DNA of 64,000 nucleotides from Sodaliphilus sp. (GTDB lineage Bacteria; Bacillota_I; Bacilli_A; RFN20; CAG-826): NCBI GenBank assembly GCA_963643355.1, contig CAVIJE010000001.1, positions 128,620 to 192,619 of the forward strand, read 5' to 3'. Shown piece by piece: positions 9,763 to 20,358 of this stretch (position 1 is its first letter; each line of letters starts with the position of its first letter). The notes under the pieces were generated by a model. It saw only the letters and a program-made list of their open reading frames with translations, ran no database searches and was not told where the DNA came from. The position numbers and the translations under genes were made by a program.

Positions 9763-11461
9763 AATTTATTTTCTTGCTTTTAAGAAATTCAACCGCGCCC
9801 ATCAAATAAAACGGGTTTAGATTCAAACATGCAATGATTATCGTGATAATTCCAACGGCTTTGCCCTTATAATTCGTTACTAATATAGAAATTGTTAAGA
9901 GACTAAATAATGTCCATAGGAAGACGGCCATAGAAGGAATTAGAAGAGAATCGGCCCAAAGAAGGAATTCTTTAAATGGGCTATCTTTTCTTGCATACAC
10001 CGAAGCCATCAATAAGATAAAGGAGATGGCCATCAAAACGATTTGATAGATCGCGCCAATCTTGTAATTCTTGCTGAATTTGCTCTTTTTCTTTTTCTCT
10101 TCTTCCTTAGAAAGCTCACTACCATCTTTTACGAAATGATGATCGATATGTTTCCATTCAGGATTTTTGAAAGCGGAAACTGCAGAGAATATTGGATCCA
10201 TTAAGGTATATAAAGGGAAAAGGAAGGAATAAAGGAATATTTTGTGCCAAGGCAATAAGATATGTTTCCATTCTTTGATAATAACCAAAACGTTATGCAA
10301 GAATGAACCTATATATAACCCACCTATAACGCCTATCCAATAATTAAGAACGCTCATCCAGGAAAAACTATCATCTCCAACGATGAAGAAGAGAGATAAG
10401 GCCACAATTTGATAAATAGCCGTAATCCAGAAAGCAAGGAATGAATAAGGGAAAGTTTGGAAGAATATATCATATTTAGACCAAGACGGCTTCTTAAAGA
10501 AGGATTTAATCATTTGCCAAGCATAACGATTAAAGGCAATCAATCCTCCTCTTGCCCATCTGATTCTTTGACGCCATAAGAGCTTTAATGTTGTTGGTTG
10601 CTCTTCATAGAATACCGCTTCCTCGGTAAAACCAGTCTTATAGTTATTAGAGGTTAAATCTAACAAAGTTTCGATATCTTCCGTTAAAGAAACCCATTTC
10701 CATCCATCTTTTAATAAATAAGATCTTAAAGTAGTGGAAGGACCGTACATTTCTTGAGAACAGTTTAAGACTTGTCTTGGGCGTAACCCATCTAAGGAAT
10801 GGGCGAATGCTTGAATGCCGCACATCGAAGAAATCCAGTTTTCCGAAAGATTTTTCGTGTTTCTGTAGGCGATACATTCATCAACCCCGCTAGATTGAAG
10901 ATAGTTATTAATCTTAGAAATATAATCAGGGGCAGGAACGTTATCGGCATCTAAGGTCGTAAAAGCGTAATACTGATTAATATCGATATCCTTTTGTATT
11001 TGGGAAACTAGATATCTTAAGCCATAACCCTTAGAACGCTCATTAGGATCATTATGATAATAGACGATAGCCCCACGTTCTTTCGCTATTTCACCAGTCT
11101 TATCCGTGCAATTGTCCGCACAAACGTAAATATCAATCAATTCTTGAGGGTAATCCATGTTGCGAATCGAATCGATGAGATTGCCAATAACTAATTCCTC
11201 ATTCCATGCCGTAATGATAAAGGCATATTTTTTATCTCTTGGCATTTCTGGATATTTCTTCGGCTTGCTAAATAAACCGATAACGATATATACGGTCTTA
11301 TATGCAACAAGAACTCCAAGAAGTAAGAACAACGACGAAAATATTACTTGAACATATCCTTGAGCGGGAATCGGCTCGTTATTTTCTATGGCATTCATAA
11401 TTAAATCGATGCCTAAAAAAGAATAGAACCATTTAGCTATTGCTTCCCAAAATTGTTGCAT
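9761..11461 (-). CDS. polytopic membrane family-2 glycosyltransferase (processive synthase type)
   Basis: The ORF track gives 9761..11503. I prefer the ATG at 11461 (MQQFWEAI), which has GAGG 9 nt upstream and a TATAAT further upstream. An N-terminal TM segment is followed by a GT-A domain with the TLDADN (DxD) and QRIRWARGG (QxxRW) motifs, then a C-terminal half with multiple TM segments. Confidence 0.85.
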   Translation of the reverse strand: MQQFWEAIAKWFYSFLGIDLIMNAIENNEPIPAQGYVQVIFSSLFLLLGVLVAYKTVYIVIGLFSKPKKYPEMPRDKKYAFIITAWNEELVIGNLIDSIRNMDYPQELIDIYVCADNCTDKTGEIAKERGAIVYYHNDPNERSKGYGLRYLVSQIQKDIDINQYYAFTTLDADNVPAPDYISKINNYLQSSGVDECIAYRNTKNLSENWISSMCGIQAFAHSLDGLRPRQVLNCSQEMYGPSTTLRSYLLKDGWKWVSLTEDIETLLDLTSNNYKTGFTEEAVFYEEQPTTLKLLWRQRIRWARGGLIAFNRYAWQMIKSFFKKPSWSKYDIFFQTFPYSFLAFWITAIYQIVALSLFFIVGDDSFSWMSVLNYWIGVIGGLYIGSFLHNVLVIIKEWKHILLPWHKIFLYSFLFPLYTLMDPIFSAVSAFKNPEWKHIDHHFVKDGSELSKEEEKKKKSKFSKNYKIGAIYQIVLMAISFILLMASVYARKDSPFKEFLLWADSLLIPSMAVFLWTLFSLLTISILVTNYKGKAVGIITIIIACLNLNPFYLMGAVEFLKSKKIN

Positions 11462-11683
11462 AAACATAACCTCACAGCAATTATTGTGATTATAACAAAA
11501 CATATATTTTTAATAAAGATTTAAAGATTAATAAATAAGAATGAGAGAAAAGCATATCACTTATAGAAGCATTCTCTTTTCATTTATCTAAATAAAAGAA
11601 AAATTATAATGTTTAATAATTGATTTCTTAGTATTTTCAAAGCACACTTAACCCAGTGTATCAAAATTGATATAAATTCGATG

Positions 11684-11712
11684 TTGACAAGGCTTTTTAA
11701 GGGAAGTAAACT
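11684..11712 (+). promoter_or_regulatory. putative sigma70-type promoter of the rpsL operon
   Basis: TTGACA, 17 nt, TAAACT. A leader hairpin follows at 11723..11750. Confidence 0.4.
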
Positions 11713-11784
11713 TTTCCAGCATGTGAAAAGGGCGATGTCCCTTTTTTCACGAATGCGTATACTCGTAAAGGAGAATAGGACAAA

Positions 11785-12204
11785 ATGCCTACAATTAATC
11801 AGCTTGTCCGTTCTGGCAGAAAGAGCAACGTTAAGAAATCTAAGTCACCAGCCTTAGGAAAACGTTATAACTCCTTAACCAAAACGACAAAGAATCAACC
11901 AAGTGCTCAAAAACGTGGTGTTTGCACCCGTGTTGGCACAATGACTCCTAAGAAGCCAAACTCAGCTCTTAGAAAATACGCCCGTGTACGTCTTTCCAAT
12001 GGTTATGAAGTCACAGCCTATATCGGCGGTGAAGGACATAACTTACAAGAACACTCCACCGTTATGATTCGTGGTGGCCGTGTCAAAGACTTACCAGGTG
12101 TCCGTTACCACATCATCCGTGGTACCCTTGACTGCGCCGGTATCGAAGCCCGTCGCCAAGGCCGTTCCTTATATGGAACAAAGAAACCAGCTCCAGCTAA
12201 ATAA
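11785..12204 (+). CDS. rpsL: 30S ribosomal protein S12
   Basis: 139 aa with [16 protein letters not shown] and [13 protein letters not shown] blocks and a GGAG SD. Confidence 0.98.
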   Translation: MPTINQLVRSGRKSNVKKSKSPALGKRYNSLTKTTKNQPSAQKRGVCTRVGTMTPKKPNSALRKYARVRLSNGYEVTAYIGGEGHNLQEHSTVMIRGGRVKDLPGVRYHIIRGTLDCAGIEARRQGRSLYGTKKPAPAK

Positions 12205-12223
12205 TAGAAAGGATTAGAAAATT

Positions 12224-12694
12224 ATGTCACGTAAAGGAAAAACTGAAAAACGCGATGTCTTGCCAGATCCAATCTATAACAGCAAGCTCGTCACACGTTT
12301 AATCAACCGTGTTATGTATGATGGCAAGAGAGGCACTGCCCAAACCATCATCTACAATTCCTTCAAAATCATTGAAGAGAAAACCCAAAAGCCAGCAATT
12401 GATGTCTTTGCAACCGCAATCAACAACATCATGCCAGAAGTCGAACTCAAAGTTCGCCGTATTGGTGCTGCAAACTATCAAGTTCCAGTCGAAGTTAGCC
12501 CAGAAAGAAAACAAACTCTCGGTCTTCGTTGGTTAGTCACCTATTCCCGTCTTCGCAATGAAAAGACAATGGAACAAAAATTAGCCGGTGAAATCATTGA
12601 TGCCGCTAATGGAAGTGGCGCTTCCGTCAAGAAGAAGGAAGATGTCCATAAGATGGCTGAAGCCAACAAGGCTTATGCCCATTATCGCTGGTAA
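12224..12694 (+). CDS. rpsG: 30S ribosomal protein S7
   Basis: 156 aa with an S7-like sequence ending AYAHYRW. It follows rpsL as in the str operon. Confidence 0.97.
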   Translation: MSRKGKTEKRDVLPDPIYNSKLVTRLINRVMYDGKRGTAQTIIYNSFKIIEEKTQKPAIDVFATAINNIMPEVELKVRRIGAANYQVPVEVSPERKQTLGLRWLVTYSRLRNEKTMEQKLAGEIIDAANGSGASVKKKEDVHKMAEANKAYAHYRW

Positions 12695-12710
12695 TTGAAG
12701 GAGAATACCC

Positions 12711-14810
12711 ATGGCAGATGAAAATATGATCAATGAGAGCTCGACCTACGATCTCCCACACACCCGCAACATTGGTATTATGGCTCACATCGATGCTGGT
12801 AAAACAACAACGACTGAGCGTATCCTCTATTACACAGGACGTACCCACAAAATCGGCGAAGTTCACGAAGGAACTGCCACCATGGACTGGATGGTCCAAG
12901 AACAAGAGCGTGGTGTTACCATCACCGCCTCCGCTACAACCGCTTTCTGGAAAGGCCACCGTATCAACATCATCGATACCCCAGGGCACGTTGACTTCAC
13001 AGTCGAAGTTGAACGTTCTCTCCGTGTTCTCGATGGCGCTGTAACCGTCCTTGATTCCAAAAACGGCGTTGAGCCACAAACAGAAACAGTTTGGAGACAA
13101 GCTGATAAATATGGCGTCCCAAGAATCGTCTTCTGCAATAAGATGGACGCTATTGGTGCTGACTTCTATATGTGCTTAGACACATTAAAAGAAAGACTTG
13201 GCGTTAAATATGCCGCTTTCCAACTTCCTATTGGCAAAGAAAGCCAATTCAAAGGCGAAGTCGACCTCGTTACAATGACCGCTTGGATCTTTGGCGATAA
13301 TAAGGATGATGTCCCACAACACGTCGACATCCCAGAAGATCTCAAAGACAAAGCAGCCGAATATCATCAAAAACTTATCGAAGCCCTTGCTGACTACGAT
13401 GAAGATTTAATGATGATGGTCTTAGATGGACAAGAACCAAGCGTTGATATGATCAAAAACGCTGCTCGTAAAGCCGTCTTAACCTCTAAATTCTTCCCAG
13501 TTTTCTGCGGAACAGCCTTCAAGAATAAAGGTGTTCAACTCCTTCTTGATGCCGTTCTCGATTATCTCCCATCCCCACTTGATATCCCAGGTGAAAAGGG
13601 AACAAAGAATGGCGAAGAATACGTTTGCAAAGTTACCGATGATGCTCCATTTGTCGGTCTTGCCTTCAAGATTGCCACCGACCCATTCGTTGGCCGTCTT
13701 GCCTATGTCCGTGTCTATCAAGGCGTTTTAAAGAGTGGTACATATGTTCTTAACTCCACAAACGGAAAACAAGAACGTATTGCTCGTTTAGTCTTGATGC
13801 ACGCCAACCACCGTCAAGAAGTCGATTGCTTACACGCTGGTGAAATCGGCGCTGTTGTCGGCTTAAAGAATACTACTACAGGCGATACATTATCTGATCC
13901 AGCAGAAGATGTCGTTCTCGAATCACTTGAATTCCCAGAACCAGTTTTGGAACAAGCAGTCGAGCCAAAGACAAAAGCTGACTTAGAGAAGATGAATAAT
14001 GCTATTCAAAAACTCGCTGAAGAAGATCCTACATTCAAGGCTCATACAAATACCGAAACCGGCCAAACAATCATTGGTGGTGTTGGTGAATTACAACTCG
14101 ATATCATCGTCGACCGTATGAGAAGAGAATTCGGCGTCGAAGTTAACGTTGGAAGACCTCAAGTCAACTATCGTGAAACAATCCGTAAAACCGGCGAAGC
14201 ACAAGGCCGTTATGTCAAACAGTCTGGTGGTCACGGTCAATACGGTGACGTATGGATCCGCTTCGAACCAAATCCAGGAAAAGGATTTGAATTCGTTGAT
14301 GCAATCGTTGGCGGTGCAGTTCCAAAAGAATTCATCAAACCAACACAACAAGGTCTTGAAGATGCAATGACTCGTGGTCTTGTCGCAGGCTATCCTGCAA
14401 TCGATATCAAAGCCACATTATTTGATGGTTCCTACCACGATGTCGACTCTTCAGAAGCTGCTTATAAGATCGCCGCTTCCATGGCTCTTAAAGCTGCCGC
14501 TTCCAAGTGTGACCCAGTCATCCTTGAACCTGTTATGAAAGTCGAAATCACCGTTCCAGAGAAGTACTATGGTGACGTCATTGGTGATGTTACACGTAGA
14601 CGTGGCGAAATCACTGGCGAAATCCAACGCGGTAACGCAAAGGAAATCGACTGCTTTGTCCCACTTGCTGAAATGTTCGGCTATGTTACTGATCTTCGCT
14701 CAATGACACAAGGTCGTGGTAACTTCATGATGGCCTTTGACCACTATGGAGAATGCCCACGCTATGTCCAAGATCAAATTATTGCTAACAGCAATATGTC
14801 AAATCGCTAA
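12711..14810 (+). CDS. fusA: elongation factor G
   Basis: 699 aa with GTPase motifs [20 protein letters not shown] and NKMD. Position matches the str operon. Confidence 0.98.
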   Translation: MADENMINESSTYDLPHTRNIGIMAHIDAGKTTTTERILYYTGRTHKIGEVHEGTATMDWMVQEQERGVTITASATTAFWKGHRINIIDTPGHVDFTVEVERSLRVLDGAVTVLDSKNGVEPQTETVWRQADKYGVPRIVFCNKMDAIGADFYMCLDTLKERLGVKYAAFQLPIGKESQFKGEVDLVTMTAWIFGDNKDDVPQHVDIPEDLKDKAAEYHQKLIEALADYDEDLMMMVLDGQEPSVDMIKNAARKAVLTSKFFPVFCGTAFKNKGVQLLLDAVLDYLPSPLDIPGEKGTKNGEEYVCKVTDDAPFVGLAFKIATDPFVGRLAYVRVYQGVLKSGTYVLNSTNGKQERIARLVLMHANHRQEVDCLHAGEIGAVVGLKNTTTGDTLSDPAEDVVLESLEFPEPVLEQAVEPKTKADLEKMNNAIQKLAEEDPTFKAHTNTETGQTIIGGVGELQLDIIVDRMRREFGVEVNVGRPQVNYRETIRKTGEAQGRYVKQSGGHGQYGDVWIRFEPNPGKGFEFVDAIVGGAVPKEFIKPTQQGLEDAMTRGLVAGYPAIDIKATLFDGSYHDVDSSEAAYKIAASMALKAAASKCDPVILEPVMKVEITVPEKYYGDVIGDVTRRRGEITGEIQRGNAKEIDCFVPLAEMFGYVTDLRSMTQGRGNFMMAFDHYGECPRYVQDQIIANSNMSNR

Positions 14811-14886
14811 TTCTGTTGATTAATCAAACAAGGCGATTTACAATAATTGAGCGTTTGTTTAAACCATTATTGGAGGAATAAAAACA

Positions 14887-16104
14887 ATGGCAAAAGAGAA
14901 ATTCAACCGTGACCGTACCCACGTTAACGTTGGTACAATCGGCCACATCGACCATGGTAAGACAACCTTATCAGCTGCAATCATGCACGTTCTTAGCTTA
15001 GTCGGCAAAGAAACCAACGGCGTCGAAGGAAACGCAAAAGACGTCGGATATGCTGGTATCGACTCTACACCAGAAGAAAGAGCTCGTGGTATCACCATCA
15101 ACTCTGCTCACGAAGAATACGAAACAAAAACCCGTCACTATGCTCACGTTGACTGCCCAGGGCACGCTGACTACATCAAGAACATGATCACCGGTGCAGC
15201 TCAAATGGATGCTGCTATCCTTGTCGTCGCTGCAACTGATGGTGTTATGCCTCAAACCCGTGAACACGTCCTTCTTGCTCGTCAAGTCGGTGTTCCAGCA
15301 ATCATCGTCTTCCTTAACAAATGTGATATGGTCGACGATCCAGAATTAGTCGACTTAGTCGAAATGGACGTTCGTGACCTTCTCACATCCTATGGATTCC
15401 CAGGAGATGATCTCCCAGTTATCCGTGGTTCCGCTTTAAAAGCCGGACAAGTCGCTTCCAGCAAAGATGCTGATGCAGCTTGCGTCTTAGAGTTATTAAA
15501 AGCTCTTGACACCTATATCCCAGATCCAGTCCGTTCTGATGATAAGCCATTCTTAATGCCTATCGAAGACGTCATGACAATCTCTGGCCGTGGCACAGTC
15601 GTTACTGGCCGTGTCGAACGTGGTGTCGCAAAAATGAACGACGAAGCCGAAATCGTCGGTATCCGTCCAACCATCAAGACAGTCATCACTGGTCTTGAAA
15701 TGTTCCGTAAGACTCTTGATTTCGTCGAGTCTGGTGATAACGCCGGTGTTCTTCTCCGTGGTGTTACCCGTGACCAAGTCGAACGTGGCCAAGTCCTTGC
15801 TAAACCAGGATCCATCGTTCCACACGACAAATTCACTGCTACAGTCTACGTCCTTACCAAAGAAGAAGGCGGCCGTCACACTGGCTTCTTAAAAGGCTAT
15901 CGTCCACAATTCTTCTTCCGTACAACCGATATCACCGGTACAATCGACCTCCCAGCCGATGTCGAAATGGTTATGCCTGGTGATCACGTTACCTTCACAG
16001 TTAGCTTAATCCACCCAGTTGCTCTTGAAGCTGGTACTAAGTTCTCCATCCGTGAAGGCGGCAAGACCGTTGGTTCCGGACAAGTCGTTGACATCCTTCA
16101 CTAA
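14887..16104 (+). CDS. tuf: elongation factor Tu
   Basis: 405 aa with [18 protein letters not shown] and NKCD motifs. A short insertion ([21 protein letters not shown]) follows the P-loop helix. Confidence 0.98.
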   Translation: MAKEKFNRDRTHVNVGTIGHIDHGKTTLSAAIMHVLSLVGKETNGVEGNAKDVGYAGIDSTPEERARGITINSAHEEYETKTRHYAHVDCPGHADYIKNMITGAAQMDAAILVVAATDGVMPQTREHVLLARQVGVPAIIVFLNKCDMVDDPELVDLVEMDVRDLLTSYGFPGDDLPVIRGSALKAGQVASSKDADAACVLELLKALDTYIPDPVRSDDKPFLMPIEDVMTISGRGTVVTGRVERGVAKMNDEAEIVGIRPTIKTVITGLEMFRKTLDFVESGDNAGVLLRGVTRDQVERGQVLAKPGSIVPHDKFTATVYVLTKEEGGRHTGFLKGYRPQFFFRTTDITGTIDLPADVEMVMPGDHVTFTVSLIHPVALEAGTKFSIREGGKTVGSGQVVDILH

Positions 16105-16132
16105 TTTAATTAGTTAAGAATTTAGCGAAATT

Positions 16133-16158
16133 AGCCCTGCGTTTGCAGGGCTTTTTTT
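16133..16158 (+). terminator. rho-independent terminator after tuf
   Basis: AGCCCTGC-GTTT-GCAGGGCT followed by TTTTTTT. Confidence 0.85.
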
Positions 16159-16226
16159 GTTGGTTGAACAGATATAAAGTTAAAACGAGCATTTACGGAA
16201 AATAAAAAATAAATAAAAAACAATCA

Positions 16227-16255
16227 TTGACAATATAGTTAGTTAAGACTAATAT
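16227..16255 (+). promoter_or_regulatory. putative promoter of the 16285-18964 module
   Basis: TTGACA (16227-16232), exactly 17 nt, TAATAT (16250-16255). It lies about 30 nt upstream of an AGGGGA SD and the ATG. Confidence 0.6.
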
Positions 16256-16284
16256 GTCCTTGTCAAGGAAATTTAGGGGATATT

Positions 16285-17664
16285 ATGATTGATATATTGC
16301 TATTGCCATTCATGTGTGTTTCTATTTCGAATCCACGAATTGCAAGTGCTGAGTTGGATAATCCGTCAATTTCTTTTAACTCAATCATCTCAACAACTGG
16401 CAACAAACTGTTTATGGATGATGATTACAAAAAGATGTACGTGGAGAAAAAAGCCATTCTATCCTACAAAGGGGAATATGCTGAAAAAGTTAGTGGTAAC
16501 AAAACTTATCTTACTGCCGAGAAGATGGAATTACCTACTGGTAATTTAAGATTTTATAATCGCTCATTAGATGTTAGCGGATCGCTTTCAAGGTTCAATA
16601 CGAACGACACGTATTATATTAATCTTGAGGACCGCATGATAACGGAGTTCCGCTTCATGACGGACGATCAAAACGTTACTGCATATGTATCCGATGAAAA
16701 TAGAATTAAGTTATTTGATGTTTTTCAAAAAGATGAATCAAAGGGATTGCCTAGCGGTTTATTAACCAAAGGTGCTTATTATTTAACCGTAAGTGGAAGT
16801 GGTTATACTGATGTTAACTACAAAATAAACATATTTGCCTCTTATGCAGACTCAAAGGAAAGACTCACGATAGATGAGGATTTCATGAGTAAATATACGG
16901 CTCTAGTTTGGGAATCGGATTATGTTCCTGGCACTGTTGATCCAATTGATGGAACAACAATTAGAACTGATTACAAACCTAGTAGAAGAAGCCCATGGTC
17001 CCATAAAGGAAGATTTGTGTCAGGCGAATTAAACAAACAATATCTTTATAGATCTGTGTATATTTGGACTAAAGACGCATACGAAGATTTATATAATGAT
17101 GTCCAACTTTATAAAAATAAACTTTTAGAAATTTCGAAGAACACGAAAGAGATAGCCACTAAATGGAGCACAACGTCAAGTGCTACTGGCGCAGCAGGGT
17201 TCTTTGTAACGTTTTTCCCGGTCGTTGGTGGGGTGTTAGGGACTGCACTTGGCGGAGTAAGCCTAGCCACCTCGATAATCGCCGCATGTATTGGAAGTTC
17301 AACTGAAATCGATACGGATTTAGCAATAAGACAATGCGGCGCGATCCTAGGGTCCTTGTATAAAAGAGCATCAGATGCAATATTATCATTTAAAGAAGGC
17401 GTTATTGTAAAATCATATACAAACGATACGAAATACACCAAACGACACTATCAAAAAATTAGATTTCAACCATATTTAGATTATTCAAGCAATGATATTT
17501 ATCAAATCGTTGAAAAAGGAGCAGATGAAGACAAGTACCCATCTTACGATGTTCTTCTCCGACACGGTGCCGACAATCAAATAATCAGCGATTGTCAAGG
17601 GATTTTTACCGCGTATAAGAATTATAAAGACATCAAACCATTAGTGTCATTGGAGGGCAAATAA
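16285..17664 (+). CDS. hypothetical secreted/membrane protein with a Gly-zipper hydrophobic hairpin
   Basis: 459-aa ORF with an SD. The hydrophobic N-terminus ends IASA-E. A beta-rich region reminiscent of a PPC-type sandwich (weak) is followed by GAAGFFVTFFPVVGGVLGTALGGVSLATSIIAACIGS and a C-terminal part of about 120 aa with no recognisable motif. Confidence 0.75.
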   Translation: MIDILLLPFMCVSISNPRIASAELDNPSISFNSIISTTGNKLFMDDDYKKMYVEKKAILSYKGEYAEKVSGNKTYLTAEKMELPTGNLRFYNRSLDVSGSLSRFNTNDTYYINLEDRMITEFRFMTDDQNVTAYVSDENRIKLFDVFQKDESKGLPSGLLTKGAYYLTVSGSGYTDVNYKINIFASYADSKERLTIDEDFMSKYTALVWESDYVPGTVDPIDGTTIRTDYKPSRRSPWSHKGRFVSGELNKQYLYRSVYIWTKDAYEDLYNDVQLYKNKLLEISKNTKEIATKWSTTSSATGAAGFFVTFFPVVGGVLGTALGGVSLATSIIAACIGSSTEIDTDLAIRQCGAILGSLYKRASDAILSFKEGVIVKSYTNDTKYTKRHYQKIRFQPYLDYSSNDIYQIVEKGADEDKYPSYDVLLRHGADNQIISDCQGIFTAYKNYKDIKPLVSLEGK

Positions 17665-17666
17665 TC

Positions 17667-18305
17667 ATGAAAAAAAGAAAATATATATTCATGTTCCTTT
17701 GCACTATTTCATTATTCACGACTTCTTGTAACAAACAAAATACAATTCAAGAAGAAATTGCTGTTTTAGAAAAAAACGGTTGTTTGTTATTAAATAAAAC
17801 ATACGAATATATCCATAAACACGCTTATGGCGCTGAAGGCAGGGGTCGTTTCTATGATATTTATGCCAAAGAATTAAAGTTTACTGGCAAATTTGAATAC
17901 TCCAAGACCGTAGGGAAAACCGAAGTCTACACAGCCGGAGCATTCAATGGTCAGGAAACGATGCTTTATTTCAGAGATGGCATAAACGTCGGCTTCAGCA
18001 CGAGGGATCCTCAATTCGGGCTGTCGCTTTTTGGCTGCACCTTAGGAAGCCCGACTCGTGACTACATGAATGACAGCTGGGATAATTCACTAATCGCTAA
18101 ATTCAACGCTCGTGGGTGGATTTGCACATATGAAAGACTTGAGGAAGAACATTCAGAACTTTCTATATTCGACATCAATGAGCCTATTGAACTTGTTCAT
18201 AGATATATGACTTACCAAGATAAGCTTCACGTTAATTTCGGCTTCGAAAACCAATATTCGCTATCCTGGAACATGATGTCCTTAGAAGTCTATCTTGATG
18301 AATGA
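17667..18305 (+). CDS. lipoprotein, unknown family (paralogue 1)
   Basis: 212 aa with signal peptide plus lipobox FTTSC. It starts 2 nt after the upstream stop and is a paralogue of 18338..18964. Confidence 0.85.
   Translation: MKKRKYIFMFLCTISLFTTSCNKQNTIQEEIAVLEKNGCLLLNKTYEYIHKHAYGAEGRGRFYDIYAKELKFTGKFEYSKTVGKTEVYTAGAFNGQETMLYFRDGINVGFSTRDPQFGLSLFGCTLGSPTRDYMNDSWDNSLIAKFNARGWICTYERLEEEHSELSIFDINEPIELVHRYMTYQDKLHVNFGFENQYSLSWNMMSLEVYLDE
17882..18040 (+). repeat. 159-nt block identical to 18541..18699
   Basis: Base-by-base comparison shows TACTGGCAAATTTGAATAC...TTTTTGGCTGCAC identical in both lipoprotein paralogues, while flanking codons carry many substitutions. Confidence 0.9.
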
Positions 18306-18337
18306 ACTCAAATATGACTATCGGGGAGATTAAGACC

Positions 18338-18964
18338 ATGAAGAAAAATAATATTTTATTGGCATTTCTTTGCACTATTCCATTATTCACGACTTCTTGC
18401 AACAAACAAAACACGATTCAAGAAGAAATCGCGGTTTTAGAGAATAATGGCTGCTTTTTCCTGAACAAAACCTTTCAAGAAATATATGACAAGTTGGGTT
18501 CTCGTAAATTCTATGACATCTATTTCGAAGAATTAAAATATACTGGCAAATTTGAATACTCCAAGACCGTAGGGAAAACCGAAGTCTACACAGCCGGAGC
18601 ATTCAATGGTCAGGAAACGATGCTTTATTTCAGAGATGGCATAAACGTCGGCTTCAGCACGAGGGATCCTCAATTCGGGCTGTCGCTTTTTGGCTGCACG
18701 ATAGGAAGCCCAAGCCACGGTTACATTACCAAATTTTGGGATGATTCAGTAGTTGCTAAATTCCATGAACGTGGGTGGGTATATGATTATCAGAGGTTAG
18801 AGAAAGAATATTCGGAACTTTCCGTGCTAGATATTAACCCGCCTATAAATACACCCCATAGATATATGTATTATCAAAACAAACTTCATGTTAACTATGG
18901 AATGAAGACGATAGAATCATTGGGTTGGAGCATGATATCTTTAGAAGTCTACCTTGACGAATAG
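18338..18964 (+). CDS. lipoprotein, unknown family (paralogue 2)
   Basis: The ORF track starts at 18302. The ATG at 18338 (MKKNNILLAFLCTIPLFTTSC) has a GGGGAG SD and gives a normal lipoprotein signal. Confidence 0.85.
   Translation: MKKNNILLAFLCTIPLFTTSCNKQNTIQEEIAVLENNGCFFLNKTFQEIYDKLGSRKFYDIYFEELKYTGKFEYSKTVGKTEVYTAGAFNGQETMLYFRDGINVGFSTRDPQFGLSLFGCTIGSPSHGYITKFWDDSVVAKFHERGWVYDYQRLEKEYSELSVLDINPPINTPHRYMYYQNKLHVNYGMKTIESLGWSMISLEVYLDE
18541..18699 (+). repeat. 159-nt block identical to 17882..18040
   Basis: Second copy, offset by 659 nt. Confidence 0.9.
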
Positions 18965-19062
18965 GAATGATGTAATGTTCTTCAATATTTAAAGAGGTGG
19001 AAATAGGGTAAATATTTAAATATTTCTTTCATAATTTTTCTCTTTCACCTATATTTAATGCC

Positions 19063-20358
19063 ATGGAAGAAAAAGATTTAACACAAATAGCACCAGTATC
19101 AAAAAGAGCTCTCTCTTTTATCATTGATTTCGTTTTAGCCTTCGTGCTTGGCATCATCATTAATAGCACTCTAACAAGTACTTATTTATTTAATGCGTTA
19201 GGAGGAGGAAGTCTCCAACAAGATTATTATTCCTTCGCCATTGATTCAGGGCTTGTTAACGCGACAAAGAATGATGACGGAACGATAAAAACGATATTCC
19301 TTTATTCTTATGCGCCTGACGGAAAGGAAAACACGACTCTCCAATATGTTGCAACGCCAAACTTTGAACTTGGCTATGAAGCATATCTTGATAAGGTTTG
19401 GAACTATTACACGGATTTCTACCCAAACGATTCAAGAATGATTCATCCAGAAGGATATACATATAGCAAAGATTCGTTGGACTCTTATAAAACATATGTT
19501 TATAAAGATATATTCCTTTTGCCAGATCCTACTAGCGTTGAAGGAAAAAGTGATGTCACGCTATATTCAAGCGATGAAAATCAAATCTATTTCCAATACG
19601 CGACAAATGAAGACGGAACGCCTAATTTAACTGCTAAGCCAATTCTTAGAGAGAATGTTAAGAACGATCTTGAGGATGCAACAAAAAGAAACGACACCCT
19701 CAAAAACCTTCGTGATTATTTCCTTGCTATAAGCGAAAGTTCCTCGTCAATATCCATCTCTGGAACGGGAATATATTATCAAGCCGCTCTCCATATGGAG
19801 GGGCAATCTGGTTCAAACCAAACATATTTCTCAAATATCTACACGAAAGTTAGCTGGATTAGCTGGGAATGCTCTCTTGTCGCATTGCTTCCTCTTTATG
19901 TTATTCTCTTCTATATCGTCCCAGCATGTGACAAAAAAGGAAGAACGCTTGGAAAATGGGCCTTTGGCGTTGTTGTAATCAACAAAGACGGAACATACAT
20001 GAAGCCATATCAAAGATTTATAAGGCCTTTATATATGGTTATTCTTTGTTCCTTAACCCTCATTCCTAATAATTCCATTTCTTTCTTAGCCTTTGGTGCT
20101 GTCGCCTTACTTGATTTTGGCTTTGCTTCATTTGGCAAAAACTCACAATCGTTGCATGATAAGATTTTTGGAACTCTCGTTGTTACAAAGAAGAAATCAA
20201 CAATCTTCAAAACAAAAGAAGAAAAAGAAGAATATCTTGCAAAAGAAAATCAAAGAATCGAAGAAGAAAGATCAATCAAAGTTCCTTCAACCGGGAAAAA
20301 CCTCGATTTAAGCACCTTAATTGATGATAACCAAGAAGAAAAGAAAGAAGACAATTAA
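19063..20358 (+). CDS. RDD-family membrane protein with a large extracytoplasmic insert
   Basis: 431 aa. The N-terminal KRALSFIIDFVLAFVLG TM segment is followed by a soluble loop of about 230 aa, then GRTLGKWAFGVVVINKDG and QSLHDKIFGTLVV, as in RDD domains. There is no SD, and a TATATT box lies 7 nt before the ATG. Confidence 0.8.
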   Translation: MEEKDLTQIAPVSKRALSFIIDFVLAFVLGIIINSTLTSTYLFNALGGGSLQQDYYSFAIDSGLVNATKNDDGTIKTIFLYSYAPDGKENTTLQYVATPNFELGYEAYLDKVWNYYTDFYPNDSRMIHPEGYTYSKDSLDSYKTYVYKDIFLLPDPTSVEGKSDVTLYSSDENQIYFQYATNEDGTPNLTAKPILRENVKNDLEDATKRNDTLKNLRDYFLAISESSSSISISGTGIYYQAALHMEGQSGSNQTYFSNIYTKVSWISWECSLVALLPLYVILFYIVPACDKKGRTLGKWAFGVVVINKDGTYMKPYQRFIRPLYMVILCSLTLIPNNSISFLAFGAVALLDFGFASFGKNSQSLHDKIFGTLVVTKKKSTIFKTKEEKEEYLAKENQRIEEERSIKVPSTGKNLDLSTLIDDNQEEKKEDN

